From the NCBI GenBank assembly GCA_030324005.1, contig JARDVH010000059.1, forward strand, positions 95,730,228-95,794,227: a stretch of DNA of 64,000 nt, given 5' to 3'. Under the pieces are notes generated by a model, which did no database searches, was not told where the DNA came from, and was given only the letters and a program-made list of their open reading frames with translations. The translations under genes were made by a program, and so were the position numbers. Of the stretch, positions 48,345-62,854 are shown piece after piece. Each line of letters begins with the position of its first letter. Position 1 is the first letter of the stretch. Origin of the DNA: Negaprion brevirostris (taxonomy: Eukaryota).

Positions 48345-48835
48345 AAGGTAGGGATCCCAGGGGAGCCAAATGGATACAAAATTGGCTTCATGACAGAAGC
48401 CAGAGGATGGTTGTAAAGGATTGTTTTTCAAACAAAGCCTGTGACCAGCAGTCTGCCTCAGTGATCAGTGCTGGGTCCACTGTTATTTGTCATTTATATT
48501 AATGATTTGGATTTTTGGGGCATGTTTAGTAAGTTTGCAGATGACACCAAGATTGGTGGACAGTGAAGAAGGTTATCTAGGATTGCAACAGGATCTTGAT
48601 CAATTGTACCAGTGGGCTGATGAATGGCAAAAGGAGTTTAATTTAGATAAATGTCAGGTGATGCACTTTTGTAGATCGAACCAGGACAGGACTTACTCCA
48701 TTTAATGGTAGGGTGTTGGAGGGATATGGGCCAAATGTGGACAATTGGGACTGTCTTAGTAGTTTAAAAAAAAGGGTGGCATGGACAAGTTGGGTTGAAG
48801 GGCATATTTCAATGCTGTAAACTTCTGATTCTATG
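48345..48835 (+). mobile_element. CR1 RT fragment plus 3' tail
   Basis: SVLGPLLFVIYINDL, KFADDTK and LQQDLDQLYQWADEWQKEFN motifs. Confidence 0.8.
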
Positions 48836-50131
48836 TGGTCATCTGGGATACCAGGAGCATCCATGACTTCCCACATACTACAAGGCAAACATTCCATAAC
48901 TGTGAGCTCTCTGCTATGACTTCAATTTGCTCCCCTTGCATTAATTTAAAATATACCTATGTAAATTTATTTACCTGGCTTCCACTTTACTCCCCTGTTC
49001 CTTGCGTTTTTCAAATTAAATTATCCCCTTATTTTAAAAATAATGTTTCCCTACTTGATAATCCTCTCTAACAGCAGTTTCTCACAAGTCAATAAACTTG
49101 TGATGTTAAGTTCTGGGTGCTAAATGCTGCTGACTGCCTGGCTCAATGGAATCCTCTCGCATTCCCCTCTGTGTTGCTGACTGCCTGGCCCAAGGTCCTC
49201 TGCTCGTACTCTCTAATTTTCATATTTTGAGTATTTCCTATTTCTGAGCCATCTTCTCATCCTTGAATTCTCCTGGGCTTGAAACTTTTTTACATTATTA
49301 CTTTTTCTGATCCACTATCCTTATCTTCAGCTCCTAAAAGCTCATCATTGTCCCATCGAAGTGAGCAATATTGAATCTAGGGAATAGAAGACTTCATTTT
49401 CAGCATCTAGTGTCATCGTCAGGGGTTCACAATTCAGCCACAGCAACAAAAGCTTTCTTGCCTTCACATTTGGGGGTAGGGTATCCTTTCAGCTTCTAAG
49501 ATTGTATGTTTAGAAGCATTTCGGGCAGGGCTTTGTGTGTTGGGCTATCGTCCAAGAGACACTTGACTGTGATTGACTGATGTACTCTATATTGTATTTC
49601 AAAATATTTGGCAAAGGTACACCACATAAATTCACCAAATTAAGCAGTTAAATTATAGTTCAATTAGCAAAGAGGTGTAATGTGATGGTTCTCAATACCA
49701 CCAAACTGATACAGCAAAAGTGAAAGTAATTGCCCTATAGGTGGCATCTATTTGTCAACTGAGATTGAAAATTTAAATGAGATTTCACACTGTTATGTGG
49801 TATGATTTATTGATTTACTGGTATGATTTGCATCAATCACAGCTTTCACAAAGACTATTCTGATGGATTTGTAAGCAGTTTTACCAATAAAAACAGGGTG
49901 CCTTGATGCTGGAAGTCACTTTGATGATGCTCAGATAATGGAGCAAAGGGACTGTCAAAGGACACTGGAAGATTCACCAAGTGTGGCAGGAAGAAGGAAG
50001 CCTGCTGAAAAGCAGAGAGGACTTGGGACTTTACCTACAAGGCTACACATCTACAAAGAGTGTGGCAGAATGTACAAACATGGCATTAAAGCATTTTCAA
50101 TTGTGTCAACTGGTTAATGGATAAACACCTC

Positions 50132-50262
50132 GGCTGGAATTTTCTGATTATTCACACCAGCAGGATTTTCCCATCTGGCAGTGAACAGAAATTTGGCCAA
50201 TCAACAAAATTTCTGTCTTCTGCAGCAGGAGCATGCTGTGAAGGGCAGTAAGATTGCACCCC
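50132..50262. mobile_element. Short palindromic MITE-like repeat
   Basis: ggctggaattttc..aagattgcaccc termini. Related copies at ~51019-51137, 54808-54943 and 63288-63490. Confidence 0.55.
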
Positions 50263-50424
50263 TTATCTGTAATTTGGTGTATTAGTTACCTATTAAGTAA
50301 TGTTTGTGATTTTAGTTGGTAAAGTGAAGTTCTTCAAACATGAAACCTTGTCACGCAATTCTTTCCATGTATCACTGATAAATTTACATTTAAAACTTAT
50401 TAGGTTCTGAACACTTGTTAACTT

Positions 50425-50682
50425 AAAGTTTATTTATTAGTCACAAGTAATGCTTACATTAACACTGCAATGAAGTTACTGTGAAGTTCCCCTAGTTGTC
50501 ATAGTCCAGCGCCTGTTCGGGTCAACGCACCTAACCAGCGTGTCTTTCAGAATGTGGAGGAAACCCACACAGACACAGGAGAATGTGCAAACTCCATACA
50601 GACTGTGGCCCAAGCCAGGAATCGAACCTGGGTCCCTGGCACTGTGAAGCAGCGATGCTAACCACTGTGCTACCATGCCACT
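50425..50682 (-). mobile_element. V-SINE
   Basis: aaagtttatttattagtcacaag tail through gctaaccactgtgctaccatgcc head. Confidence 0.88.
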
Positions 50683-51379
50683 CCACTTTGAAGCAACTGA
50701 AGGTGAATTTACAGAAGTGCGTAAAAGATAAGTGTGGGGTATTACCATCATAACACCAAGACACTAGGACAGAGTTGTTCCAGTTTGCAAGACATAGAAC
50801 AAAAGTTTTCTAGATTGAGGGGTACTGGGATCAGGAGTATCCCTTGAAGCATTTTGCAAAATTTCTTTCCGCAGGCAGTAATAGCAATACAGAATTTTGT
50901 GCCACGGATTGTTGAAGCAGACCCCACAACTTTTAACGAGGAAATAATTTCTTGAAAAAGACAATATTACAGGATATAATAAGTGCACAGAAATGTGTAC
51001 TTAGAGACAGACATAATGGGGGCATTTTTCCTGTTCCATCTGCCACAAGAATACTAACGGGCAAAGGGCAGACCAAGGTCCATTGACTTTGGGCGGGATT
51101 TACCAGCTTTGGGGCGACTGCGGCTGGAAAATCCCACTCAGTGGGTCAAATGGCCTGTTTCAGTCCTTTAACATTCTATGATTACAATCCAGTTTGACTA
51201 ATCCTCATCCCATTTCAACTTGCGGATATTGTTAAACTATTCTTATCTGAAATGATAGCAATTGCCAAAAGGCTGAAAACTACCATAACCACATTTCTTA
51301 CGTGCCCATTCAATACCCTTATCTTTAACAATCTCCCTATGTTGAACCTATAATTAAACAACTGCTTCCTCGCTGCTTA

Positions 51380-52190
51380 CTATTGTCACTCATATCAGCT
51401 CGTGATCAACCCACAGCATCTGACCATCTTCATCAAAACTTATCCAGCGAGATTGCTACTATTTTGTCCTTCTCTACCTCTCTGCTGCTTTCGACACTGT
51501 TAACCATTCCATTCTCTTCAACTACCTCTACACTGGTCCACTCTATAGCACGCTCTTGTAGTTCCATGCCAAACTGTCCCAATGCAGTCAATACATCTAC
51601 AGTAATTTCTCCTCCAGGAACCTATCCTGGTTTGCCCCAAGGATCCATCCTTGCCTCTCTTTTCATCTACAAGCAAGTGCTCTGAACCTCCTCCAAGTGT
51701 CACATGCTAAAAACATCAGACTCTCCCTCTCCACCACCAGTCACTCAACACGAGCATCTATATAAAATAAAATCTGACCCTGCCTCTCCACCTCCAGTGC
51801 TGCGGCTTTACTCTTGAGTATGTAACAGATAGTAATTGCTGAATGAGCCAGATTTTCCCACCGATCAATACTGGCAATGCGAAACATTTTGTTCAGCTGT
51901 CACTTGCCTTTGGGCTCTGATTCCATCAACAACACTTCCAAAAACTTCAAGGACCTTTTTTTGCAAATATCCCCATCCCATCACTCAAGGTCCTCCATAT
52001 CTACTAACTCGGGCCACCTTTTGCTTCACTGGTTCTTTGTGCTTCTGCAAACTATTTCACCTCACCTCTCATCACAATACTTAGGTCATTTATCTAGTAC
52101 TATGTTCTCTTGCCTTGAATCTAACTCGTTGCTGTTTTCCATACCTTCCAATCCACCATCAATCTTTCAGTCACTGTGCCTCCGCCGTCT
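51380..52190 (+). mobile_element. Degenerate L2 RT fragments
   Basis: LSAAFDTVNHSIL-like and GLPQGSILASLF motifs; C-rich L2 composition. Confidence 0.55.
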
Positions 52191-52197
52191 GAAATAC

Positions 52198-53102
52198 TGG
52201 CCATGACTCTCACAAATGCATTGAATTGGCGGGAAAACTGTTCTAAATCCCAACTGTTTTCTCAGTTTGGCTTCTCACCTGAATATCCACACTCTGTGCG
52301 CTGCAGAGGTCCCAGTCGTGAATATCATTAAAAACCCAAGGGCAGGATGGGGTCTATTCGCGCCGGAGTCTGATAGTTCTGGAACTCTGCCCATGCATAG
52401 TGTCCCCAATCTGTCAGTCTCCCCATTTGATGGCCAGCTTAATCACTGGCCAGCCCAGGACCACCACAGTGCTGCTCCTCCAGCTCCCTGCCAACCCCCC
52501 CACCCCCACCCCCATGGCCCCCACAACAATTTCTGGATCAGCCCTGATTCATCCCAGAGCGCCCTGATGCACAGCCCACACCATTCAGCAGTGGTGATTC
52601 CCCTCACCCAGGCAGACCACCGCCCCCCCNNNNNNNNNNNNNNNNNNNNNNNNNNNNNNNNNNNNNNNNNNNNNNNNNNNNNNNNNNCTGTCTACAGAGT
52701 GGCAGCAGGACCCCCCAACATCTTGGCAGTATGGATGTGCCCAGCTGTCCCCTGTCCAAAGGACTTCGATTGCCCCCCTTTATTCTGGCAGGATCTCTCG
52801 CTAGTTCCCCGAATGTGGGAAACTAGTGTAAACCCCGCCTGATGGGGTGGGAGATTCAATTGAGATCTGAAAGTTCCCGATAATCACGTTTAAAACATAT
52901 TTAAAATACATTTTAAAAAGATTCAAATTACTTACCTGCCTTCCCGCCGGTTCCCAGCATGGTCTGACCAGCGACTGTCGCCAGTTCTGGGAGTTGCACA
53001 TGCGTTCCCGGCACATGCGCAAATCTGGTACATGGCCAGTGACGCGCAGCTCCCATCGCGACCTGCCAGAAAAGTTGTGGGTTGTGGTGGGAGAATCGCA
53101 GT
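52198..53102. mobile_element. GC-rich non-autonomous DNA transposon-like repeat
   Basis: ggccatgactctc..gggagaatcgc inverted-like termini and a C-run core. Confidence 0.5.
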
Positions 53103-53799
53103 CACTGTTCCAAAATTGCTTTAACTCACTATGCCTTTCACTGGTTTGAAATGTACCTTGCATGAAGTTTCCCTTCAAATAGCTGTGAATGGTGGGTCAT
53201 TCCAAATTTTCAATATGGATCAGTAAATTTTTGCACCTCTGACTTTACAGTAATGCTTAAAGCGTATGCCTAGATTTTTGTCTCTGTCGCTAGATTTGAA
53301 CTCTCAACTTTTCGGCTTAGAGATGAGAGAACTAGCAACTCAGTCACCTGGAAAATAATGACATCTGTCCAAGTATCTGCTGATAGACCAGTTTCTGTAG
53401 TTGCACTTATAAAGTTTGAGTCATAATTCAATTGGAGGAAACCCAAGAACACTTGCCAGTACTGTAACACAGTTGATAGTCATAATCAGAAAAAAATGAA
53501 CTTTGCTACTTATTTCTAAATGAGAAAAGGCACTCTTCATACAGTCAAGTGTGCTTTTGTTTGTCTCAGCTAGTGATCTCAGGCTGAAGTGTTTGATTAC
53601 ATTAGCCATCTGCAAGATTGGTTGTTAAGGATTTTGCTTATATCTGACAACATAACTCGGGACACTGTTACACAACCTAGATACAACCAAGCACACACAA
53701 CAGCGTGAGCCATCAAAGAAAAATATTCAACCTCGATGCAGTGATTTCAGTGCCATGATTAATTGTGGACGGTGGTGTGGTCCTTTTCTGGTGTTTTTT

Positions 53800-56020
53800 A
53801 TAAGAAGGCTACTATCTTCCAATTCTCCATAAATATGGGAGCAGTGTCAAAGGATTGGAGATTTTCAGATGTCACACCTTTTTTTTTAGAAAAGTAAGAA
53901 TAACAAATAAACTGAGACAAAATTAATTTGGAAAATTGTGTGTTGTTATATTACAGCCAGGACAGATTCTTTAAAGGCAAAACATGTTGTACTGACTTGA
54001 ATGAATTCTTTCATGAAGTAACGGGCAGAGTTGATGAAGGTAGTGCGTTATGCATGGATTTTCTTGTTTGATAAGGTACCCAAAAATAGGCATGTTAGCA
54101 AAATTAAAGCCCTGAGAATTAAAGAAGCAGTGGCATTAAGGATGCAAATTTGGTTAAGGAACAGAAAGAGGAGGGTAGGGTGAATGGCTGTTTTCCAGAG
54201 TGGAGGATGTAAACAATAGCATTCCCCAGGGACTTGTTTTCAGAGCAGTGCTCATTTTCATACACATTAATAATTTGGGCTTGATTAAACAGAGTATAAT
54301 TGCAAAGTTTGCCGATGGCACAAAATCCGGAAATGTAGTAAACAATGTGGAGAGTGGGAACAGATTTCAGGATGACATAGGCAATGAACTGGATAGATAT
54401 TTAAAGCAGAGATGTGTGAAGTGATGCATTTTGGTATAAACAGAGGAGAAGCAATATAAACTAATCAGCTTTAAAGGAAGTGCAGGAACAGAGAGTCCTT
54501 TGGGTCTTATAAATCTTTGCAGGTGGCATCTTTGAAGTAGAGAAGGTTATTAATAAAGCATACAGAATCTTTCACTTTTTAAGAGTATAAATGCAAGCAA
54601 GTTCTGCTGAATCCTTCTAGAACACTGTTTCAGCCCGACCTGAAGTATTGTGGCCACACTTCAGAAAGAGTGTCAAGGTCTTAGGGAAAGTGCAGAGGAG
54701 ATTTATTAACAGAGATAAGGAATTTCAGTTATGTAGAGAAAGTAGATAATGGGGCTTTTCTTCTGAGAATCAAGGGAAGATTTAAAGGGAGTGTTCATCA
54801 TCATGAAGACCAGAATGTCACAGGCATTCACGCCAGCAGGATTTTCCCATTTGGCTGCAGTGAATAGAGATTTGGCTGGGTGCCAAATTCTCCAACTTTG
54901 CTGCTGTTGGAGCATGGCATGAACAGCTGGTAAGATCATGCCCAAAGTGTTTTAATAAAGTAAATAAAAAGAAACTGGGCATAATTCTCCCATTTTGAGA
55001 CTAAGTGCTTGGGGGGGGGGTGGGGTGGGAATGTGAAATGTTTCCTGCTGTGGCAGCCAGTGGGCAAACATGCTAAATGTTCTAGCCCCAGTCTCATTAA
55101 TTATGTAGTCAGGTGTTTTATGCTGTTTCCAGTGGTGGGGCAGGTCTGAATAGCAGGTAGTTTGCCATCATGTCTGGTGCCGTATTGAAAAGGCGCCAAA
55201 CATCACTGAACCACTATTGAAGAAAAAAGATGAATTTCTGAGAGCACTCTGAGACTGGAAAATGGATCTTCTGAGAAAGCAGATGAATGTCCAGGAACCT
55301 TCTGAGGCTGGAAGATGGACTCCTCCCCACCAGGTCACTAATTCTGGAAGGTCCAGTTGCAGATGCACCCCAACCCACTGTTGTGGTATTCCTGGGTTCA
55401 GGTTTGTAGGCAGCGTCCCCTGAAGTCCAGAGGTAACTCCGGACAATAATCACATGAAATCAAATATCTCAGACCTTATCCTTATGATTCATACCAGCAT
55501 CACCTTGAATCTGGTATGAGGAGTTGGGCCTTCATCTGCATCCATTAATGGGAATGCAAATGAAGTTTGGGTCTTCCTCTGGCAGGTTTCCAGTCCACCA
55601 TGACAGACACCAGCAGAAGATCCTGCTGTAGATTCCTGCTGGCATGAAACCAATTTCTGGCCTCTCACCATAGTCTCCCATCATACCCACCATCAAACAG
55701 GTTGCAGGGGCAAGGGACAATCCCAGCTACTGTTTCTATTAGTTAATGGGTTGGTACCAGATGATACAGGTTTAAGGTAATTGGCAAAAAGAATAGAAGT
55801 GAGTTGAGCAGACATTTTTTTATTACAATCTGGAATACACTGCATATAAAGCTGATGGAAATGGATTCAGTAATATCTTTCAAAAAGGAATTGAGTAAAT
55901 ACCCAAAGGGGAAAACTTTTCAAGACTAAAGGGTAAAGGGTGGGGGACTTAGGCTAATTAGATAGTCCTTTCAAAGAGCTGACACAAATATATGCGCCAA
56001 ATGGCCTATTTCTAGGCTGT
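53800..56020 (+). mobile_element. Degenerate CR1 ORF2 fragments with nested MITE-like inserts
   Basis: IPQGLVF..HINNL..AKFADGTK motifs and a 3' tail near 55750-56020. Inserts at ~54808-54943 and ~54977-55730. Confidence 0.7.
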
Positions 56021-56389
56021 ATCTATCTTACTGGCCTGCGGATGAATGTTATAATTCCTTTTGCAGTTTCCTTGTCACTAATTGCTTAGTTCTTCCAAAG
56101 TCCTCATCTTGGAAAGAGGTAACATCTAAGCACCACGTCATCTCCTCCCAGATGACCTTTCTGGAATGTGCATTGTTGGGGAAGGAGGTGGAAATATGAC
56201 ACAGATGAACCTTACCCTGCTTAACGTGATTTTGTTGATTACAAGGCCTCCTCACATCAGTAAAACAAAAAATGTGCATTTTTTTTCCTGAGTTGAGTTT
56301 TTTTGTCTTTTATTTTGTCTTGCCTGAAACAAGGGCTTGGCATTAGAAGTCAAACAAGCTATTTTTCAGCAGCTCAGATCAGACAGTCG

Positions 56390-56950
56390 AACTTAAGATT
56401 CTCAGAGCTATCTGTGGCCAGCATACGGGATGTTCTGTGAGCAGTTAAATTGACCAGTCATTACATTTAATCACAGAATTTTTTGCTATTATCGTAGGCT
56501 GACCATTCATTAATGTTGATGAATGGCTGCTTGATTTAATGTAATTATGAGAGATGTACATGCTGACTGCCTTTTGTTTCAATTTGGCCCTCTACCACCA
56601 TGACATGAAACAGACTGCTGTCAGCTTTTTATAATAGGGTACTGTGGCTGAGAACTTTGTGTATGGATCATGGTTATCGATTGGTTTCCAATTCTGTCTG
56701 ATAGGCAGCTTGGTGACCAGAATTCTGAAATGACAGATTACATTAGGCCACGTTTCTAATTCAAAAGTCAATCCACAATTAATGTTTGAGTGTTGCAGTT
56801 GATGGCTGAAGAGCTGTGTCCTTGAAAGTTTCAGGCCAGCTTAACAAGTGAGTTAGGCCAGAAGGAAGAGGAAGCTATGGCAAATAATCATCTGAAACGG
56901 TTATGTTGGAGGAGATAATGAAAAACGACTCTTTGATTTTCTATATCAAG
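56390..56950. promoter_or_regulatory. Candidate conserved non-coding element / enhancer
   Basis: Repeat-free, ORF-free block dense in TAAT/ATTA, TGACAG/CTGTCA and ATCGAT motifs. Conservation not tested. Confidence 0.35.
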
Positions 56951-59900
56951 GGGGATCAAATAACATACATTTCACCAAGTTTTATTGTTTCTATCTATTT
57001 ATCAGTTTGAAATAAATAAGACAACATGTTGATTGAAAATCCAAATTTCAGTCTGTTGGGAGCATGTTGTCAGTTTGCTATTGAAGAAAGCAAATAAACT
57101 TTGACACATAATAAATCTCAGTAGCGTGCAAGTGTTCTCTGTTTGAATACTGCAGTTGATCTAACTATTTAACAACAAANNNNNNNNNNAGCGGGTATTA
57201 TGTTCACTCGTGGGCAATGCTACTGGACCTGGTAAAACATCTAGTGTAAAAACTCAAAATATGACTCAGGCCGTTCCAATTAGGGTAGGCATTAAAGCTT
57301 ATTTTCTGCCCAGCAGGAATACTATTGCTTTGTGTTTAGCACAGTTCAGGGGGCTCATTTCCTGTTTATCTAGGTGCAAGCACGTGAATATTGCAGCTTT
57401 GTGCTCACAGAGTACCTCAATTTTCTGATAGTGGATAATTTCTGTCCATAGGGCTTTAAGTTTGGAAAATTATTCCCCCCCCTCATTGATCTCTAAGCTA
57501 CAGTTTTACTGCCTAAGTACAACAGTCATTTACAGTGCTCAAATCAGCACCTTATTTAATTGAGTTTACAATTCTATAAAACTTAGTTCATTCATCTAAA
57601 TTTCATATTTTGTTATTGCATTTATATTTCGATTCAAATTCCAACAAGGTGCAATTAGAATTCTACCAATGGATCGATAAAACATTCTGGAAGTATACTG
57701 TTCATACAAAATGGATACATGTAAATATCAAATCTAATTAAAACTGCAAATCAAAATAACACCTTGTGGGTAAGTGGATGGAGATATGAGTTAATGATCT
57801 GGATTTTGAAATAGAATTATAGCCAAACAGTCAAGGTTTATTGTCATTGCTTCTCTGAAAGTGATAGTAAGTTCAGGACTCTACTCAAGTGCAGTTAAAC
57901 ATGGAAATCAAGAAACTTCAATCAATAATTTTATGATTCCCAGAGTGACAAGAGTCCTTACAGACTGCNNNNNNATAGAAATCACTGAATTGACAAGAAC
58001 TTGTCATTTACACCACTGGTCTCATTGTAAAAACTTTGTTCACTGAGGTATTGCTTAGTTTTTCATAATTATTGCTGATCAGCTCATTGTCCTCGAAAAA
58101 CTAATTTTATATTTGTGGAACATCAAAGTTTGCCAGAGTGGTGAAAAAAGTAATGGATTTTTAATTATTTTAAAAATGATTGTGTATATATTTCATATTA
58201 TATTTTAACCTGTATAAGTTTTTATTTTAAATTAAAAATTAAGTGCATTTTACTTCTTGGTTTCTTGCCCATAAGAATGCTTCAGTGGACTGGCTGCTTA
58301 CCCTGCTAGCTGATATTAATGCTGTTGGATGCTGGGAGATAAACTTGATTTGGCACCAGCTTCAAAATGACATTGGGAAAGGGGAAATCCACACCACAGA
58401 TATCACTAGATTTTTACACACACTTTTCTTTGAGGTTGTTGTGGGGAAATTGTGTTTTAAACTAAGACAATTCAAAATTCACAAGGCAAATATTTTTGTG
58501 CAAAGACGTAACAAAGTTCATTGAACACAAAACCTACGAACAAGACAATACAAATGTACAGTCGACCAGAGTCTCGCAAAGGGTTAAATAACTCTGGAAC
58601 AGAATGACAGAATCTTTCCAAAAGATCTGATGTACATGGTCAAAAACAAATCAATTATAGTTTTTTCTAATCAATAATTCCACCTTTCATTAGTTTAAAA
58701 TCAATTTAATTTAATAGTGATACATTAATACAAATTTCTGCCAAGTACCTCAGCTAACCATATGATACCAAACAGCATGATGATATTTTATTCGTCCTTT
58801 TAAGTCAGAAGTAATCAGCTCTCTTGGCACTAACTGATCCCTGTTCCTTGGTAACGGCAGAAGCTCCTGTCAGGTCAGAGTGGATGCTCCCACCAGCTCA
58901 TTGCCAACTTGAATAGACATGTGTTCCTGCATCCAGGGACACGTCTATCCTTGTGTATGGGCAATGAATGCATGTATTCATTAGTCGTAACATTTGTTCC
59001 CTTATGGAATTCTCCTGATAAGACTGCTGCTGACTAACAAGTTCCCAAACCTTTGGCTTTAAACTAATGACTTTTACTATCATGCCTTTCGGTAACTTAG
59101 CTTGGCTAAAGTGAACATTACTTTTGAAATATAGAATATCATAAAATATCAGTATATTTGTTTTGAAATCGTAACTATTGTTTTGATTATCTTACTGCAT
59201 TCACATGTGAGTAAAACTGTTTGTGTTAGCTGGTCTAAGAATCATTTAACTCCTTACTAATTACTTGTCCTCTGAAAGACTGCATTCTGCCTATAAATTA
59301 GCTGGTTAGGAATCCCCTTCCATAGAGGCCAACAGTGAGCAGTTGCTTCATTACTGACCCAATAATGACGGTCCAAACATAATATTACCAATGGCCTGCC
59401 AAGTGCCACAGCTAAAGTGAGTCATGTATTCCAGTCTTCGATATATAACAGAATCCCCATATTACAACAACAAAGACAAAAACAGATTTCAATGTCACAG
59501 CAAGATACCAATAGCCTTTACACAACAAGGGTGTGGTAGCACAGTAGTTATTGGTTATGTGATTATCAGTGAATCTCAGACATCTGCTTTTTAGTGTTTA
59601 CTGTAACCTTTGGTTTGGTTTGGATGTTGCCTGTGATTGTCTTAACTGGAGTCGACGTAATGCTCTGAGGTTGACTCGGTGTTAAAGTGTTCTCAACTGA
59701 GGTCCTATCTTCCCCAATTGGTTCAGGTAGTGTTCTCAGGAAGGTCCAGGTCTTCTCCTTGCACAGATTAATGTGAACTCTGTCGATTGTGCTGAAAATT
59801 TCACCTGGTCTTTGAATTGTTCTCTCTGAGGATGTTGTCTTCATATTGGCACTTACAGGTCATTTCAAGTATATGTTGACCAAAATGAGAAATATATGCC

Positions 59901-59964
59901 CTTCAAATGGTCCAGCTAAATCTATATGTACTTTTTGCTAGGCCTTCCAGGGGTGTAATAAAAA

Positions 59965-60652
59965 CATAGAAGATAGGAGCAGAAGGAGGCCATTTGGCCT
60001 GTCTCTGCTCTGCCATTCATGGCTGATCGTCCAATCAATAATTTAAATCAATAGCCTAATTCTGTTTTCTTTCCATAATCTTTGATCTCATTTGCCTCCA
60101 AGTGCTATATCCAACCGCCTCTTGAATACATTTGGCATCAACTACATCCTGTGGTAATGAATTCCACAGGCTCACCACTCTTTGAAATGTGTCCTCACTT
60201 CTGTCCTAAATGGTCTACCCTGAATCCTCAGACTGTGACCCCTGGCTCTGGACACACCCACCATCAGGACCAAACCCCCTTCATCTACCCTGTCTAGTCC
60301 TGTTAGAATTTTATTAGTTTCTATGAGATCCCCCCTCATTCATCTGAACTTCAGCGAAAACAATCCTAACCTAGTCAATCTCTCCTCATGTGTCAGTCCC
60401 GTCATCCCCAGAATCAGCCTGGAAAACCTTTGCTGCACTCTCAAGAGAGAAAAAACATCCTTCCTCAGAAAAGGAGACCAAAACTGCCCACAATACTCTA
60501 GGTGTGGCCTCACCAAGGCTCTGTAATTGCAAAAACACATCCGTGCTTCTGTACTCAAAAGTTCTTGTAATGAAGGCCAAAATACCATTTGCCACCTTGA
60601 TCACCTGCTGCACCTGCATTCTTACCTTTGGTGACTGGTGCACAAGGACACT
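59965..60652 (-). mobile_element. CR1 LINE 3' end
   Basis: YRALVRPHLEYCGQFWSP and RLTRLGLFSLKFR motifs with a tctatgtt tail. Confidence 0.88.
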
Positions 60653-62854
60653 CTTTGCCAGTTTTCTATATGTGACGATGATTTTTCTTAATTTCTCCAG
60701 ATGTTTGCAGTGTGGACCAACTTCCTTGTGGCCAGTTTTCAATGTGGTCATTCTAAAAGATGGGCTGCAGGGCTTTAAGATTCAAACAAATGAAGAGCTT
60801 TGTTGAAAAGATTCTAACACTATAGACTGCCCATTTACCCACACAAATGGCCAATGATGTTGTCAGTGCCATAATGTGATCAGCCTCTTAAAGTGCCCCT
60901 GTTCCACTGCAAAGCTGCTAGTGAAGAAACACTAGAAATAACATGAATACACAACACTCATATTCTTCTTATAATTTGCTAGTAAACCTTTGCTTCCAAT
61001 ATCCTGGAGTGTGCTTTTTCCCGTTCAATATCTAGTTATTTGTAGTGAGCCCAGAGATTACATGGGAATCCCTTGATACAATGTTACTGGTATCATGTGA
61101 TTTTTCTCAGTTTCAGAAGGCAATAGAACAAATGTTTCACAAGATTATGACTTAAACTGTAAGTTGCCAATAACATTTAACAGGAAATGGATAAGTGAAT
61201 AGGTACACTGTAATTTTCAGTCATTACAGTTTTAACTGCCTCCCCTGCAATTAAAGAAAGTTAACAGTTACATCTGTTGCTCTGAACTGTGGTGTAAATT
61301 GAGATGGTCACAGATCTGTATATATTTTATGCACTATTTTGCTGCTGATTATCCATGGAGTTTTGCTGCCTATTATATCCCTGATGGATTGGGATGGAAT
61401 CTTCAGTTTGAACAAGACAGGTTGAAAAGTACTTCCCAAAAAACAACAAGGACAAATGAAATTTGTGCTTTGTTCCTTTTTCAGTTCCCTGGCCAGATAT
61501 AACAGCCAGGAATTACATGGAAAAGGGGCAGGGAAGCTTTCCCTCCTGTCCCTTTGCCCCCTCTTGAGCTGAGCTGATTTGCCATTTTGACAGGCTCCAA
61601 TGTGATTCCTACTTAAACTGTATTAGGCAGCCTGACTAGAGAAGGCATTGGGAATTGACATAGCTCATGGGAGCCTGCAGCCATGTAACAGGGCCAGCTA
61701 TACCTGAGATAACCAAAACAAGTCTTTAACAAAATGCTGTAGAGGAAGTTTAATAATTGAATTGGTAACACTTTCAAAGTCTCTTCCTGTACCATTGCAA
61801 CCCTGCATGTCAGGAACACACAGCATTTCCAGTGCCACTCATTTCCATGGCATTCATGAAACAAATGTTCCAATCTTTGCAATACGCCTGTCCAAGCTTT
61901 GGCTGAACACTGAATGTTGATCTTAGTTCCAGCTGCAAATCCGAGGAAGCTAATGTCACTCCAGAGAAAAATGATATCTCCAAGTCAATGTTCTAGCGAT
62001 ATTTATCAAAATAAGCTAGGCAATTTTCTGTGAACCAACCTGAGTTTGTACAATAGCAGACGGAAAGGAACCAACCCCATAATATAATGCTTCATTTTAG
62101 TCACACACTTCTCATCTGGACTTTCTATTCATGAGTGCCACTGACATGGTGCTGATGACATTTGAGGGTGCATTCATCCTAATACATTGCTGTTCTCATT
62201 TTGTAAACCATAATAACGTTAATTGATAGTGTTATGTCTTGGACAATCGTTCCATTGCACAGATGCACATTATTGTCATGAGTCAAATGCAACAGTGGTC
62301 TGTGATTGTGGTCAGAATGCAAGGTAAATATTGTCCATTACAATTACAATTCCGTCAATGAGGTACGTGATTTATCCATCAGGTACCAACATCTATGTAA
62401 CCCTTGCCTCTTGTGAGGATGGAATCTGCTAGCCATTATAATGGTGTATGCTTTTCTCATCCCAGAAGATATAAATGTATTAAGCTTCACTGGTTTAGCA
62501 AACACAGACTGTAACTGGACCCTGTCATTTAGTAGTTAGAGTCAGGTTTGGAATTATTAGAGTTCTGTCCATCCCCCTTCAGTTTTCCAAGGATCTTTTC
62601 CATGCAAGGTTTAGACATCAGGTTATGTACTCTTCGTTAACTTCTTAAAGACCTGCACCACTAGCAATGCACACAAACTCTGGGACAGCCATATATCTTT
62701 AGGTCCCAGGGAAAAAAATAGCAGAGTGGAATGGCTCAACAAAAGATGGATTGACCCTGCTGGAGTTTCCACGTCACCCAAATTAACATCATATGAGTAT
62801 GCCCCCAGAATTAGGAATGCCACCCTTTGGGAATTTGCCAATGTGAGGGAGGAA

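Noticed and set aside
59566-59844. 92-aa Thr-rich minus-strand ORF as a host-gene exon
   Set aside because: No convincing splice sites; the end (PVKTITGNIQTKPK) resembles the low-complexity tail of Gypsy integrases, so it is probably a retroelement remnant.
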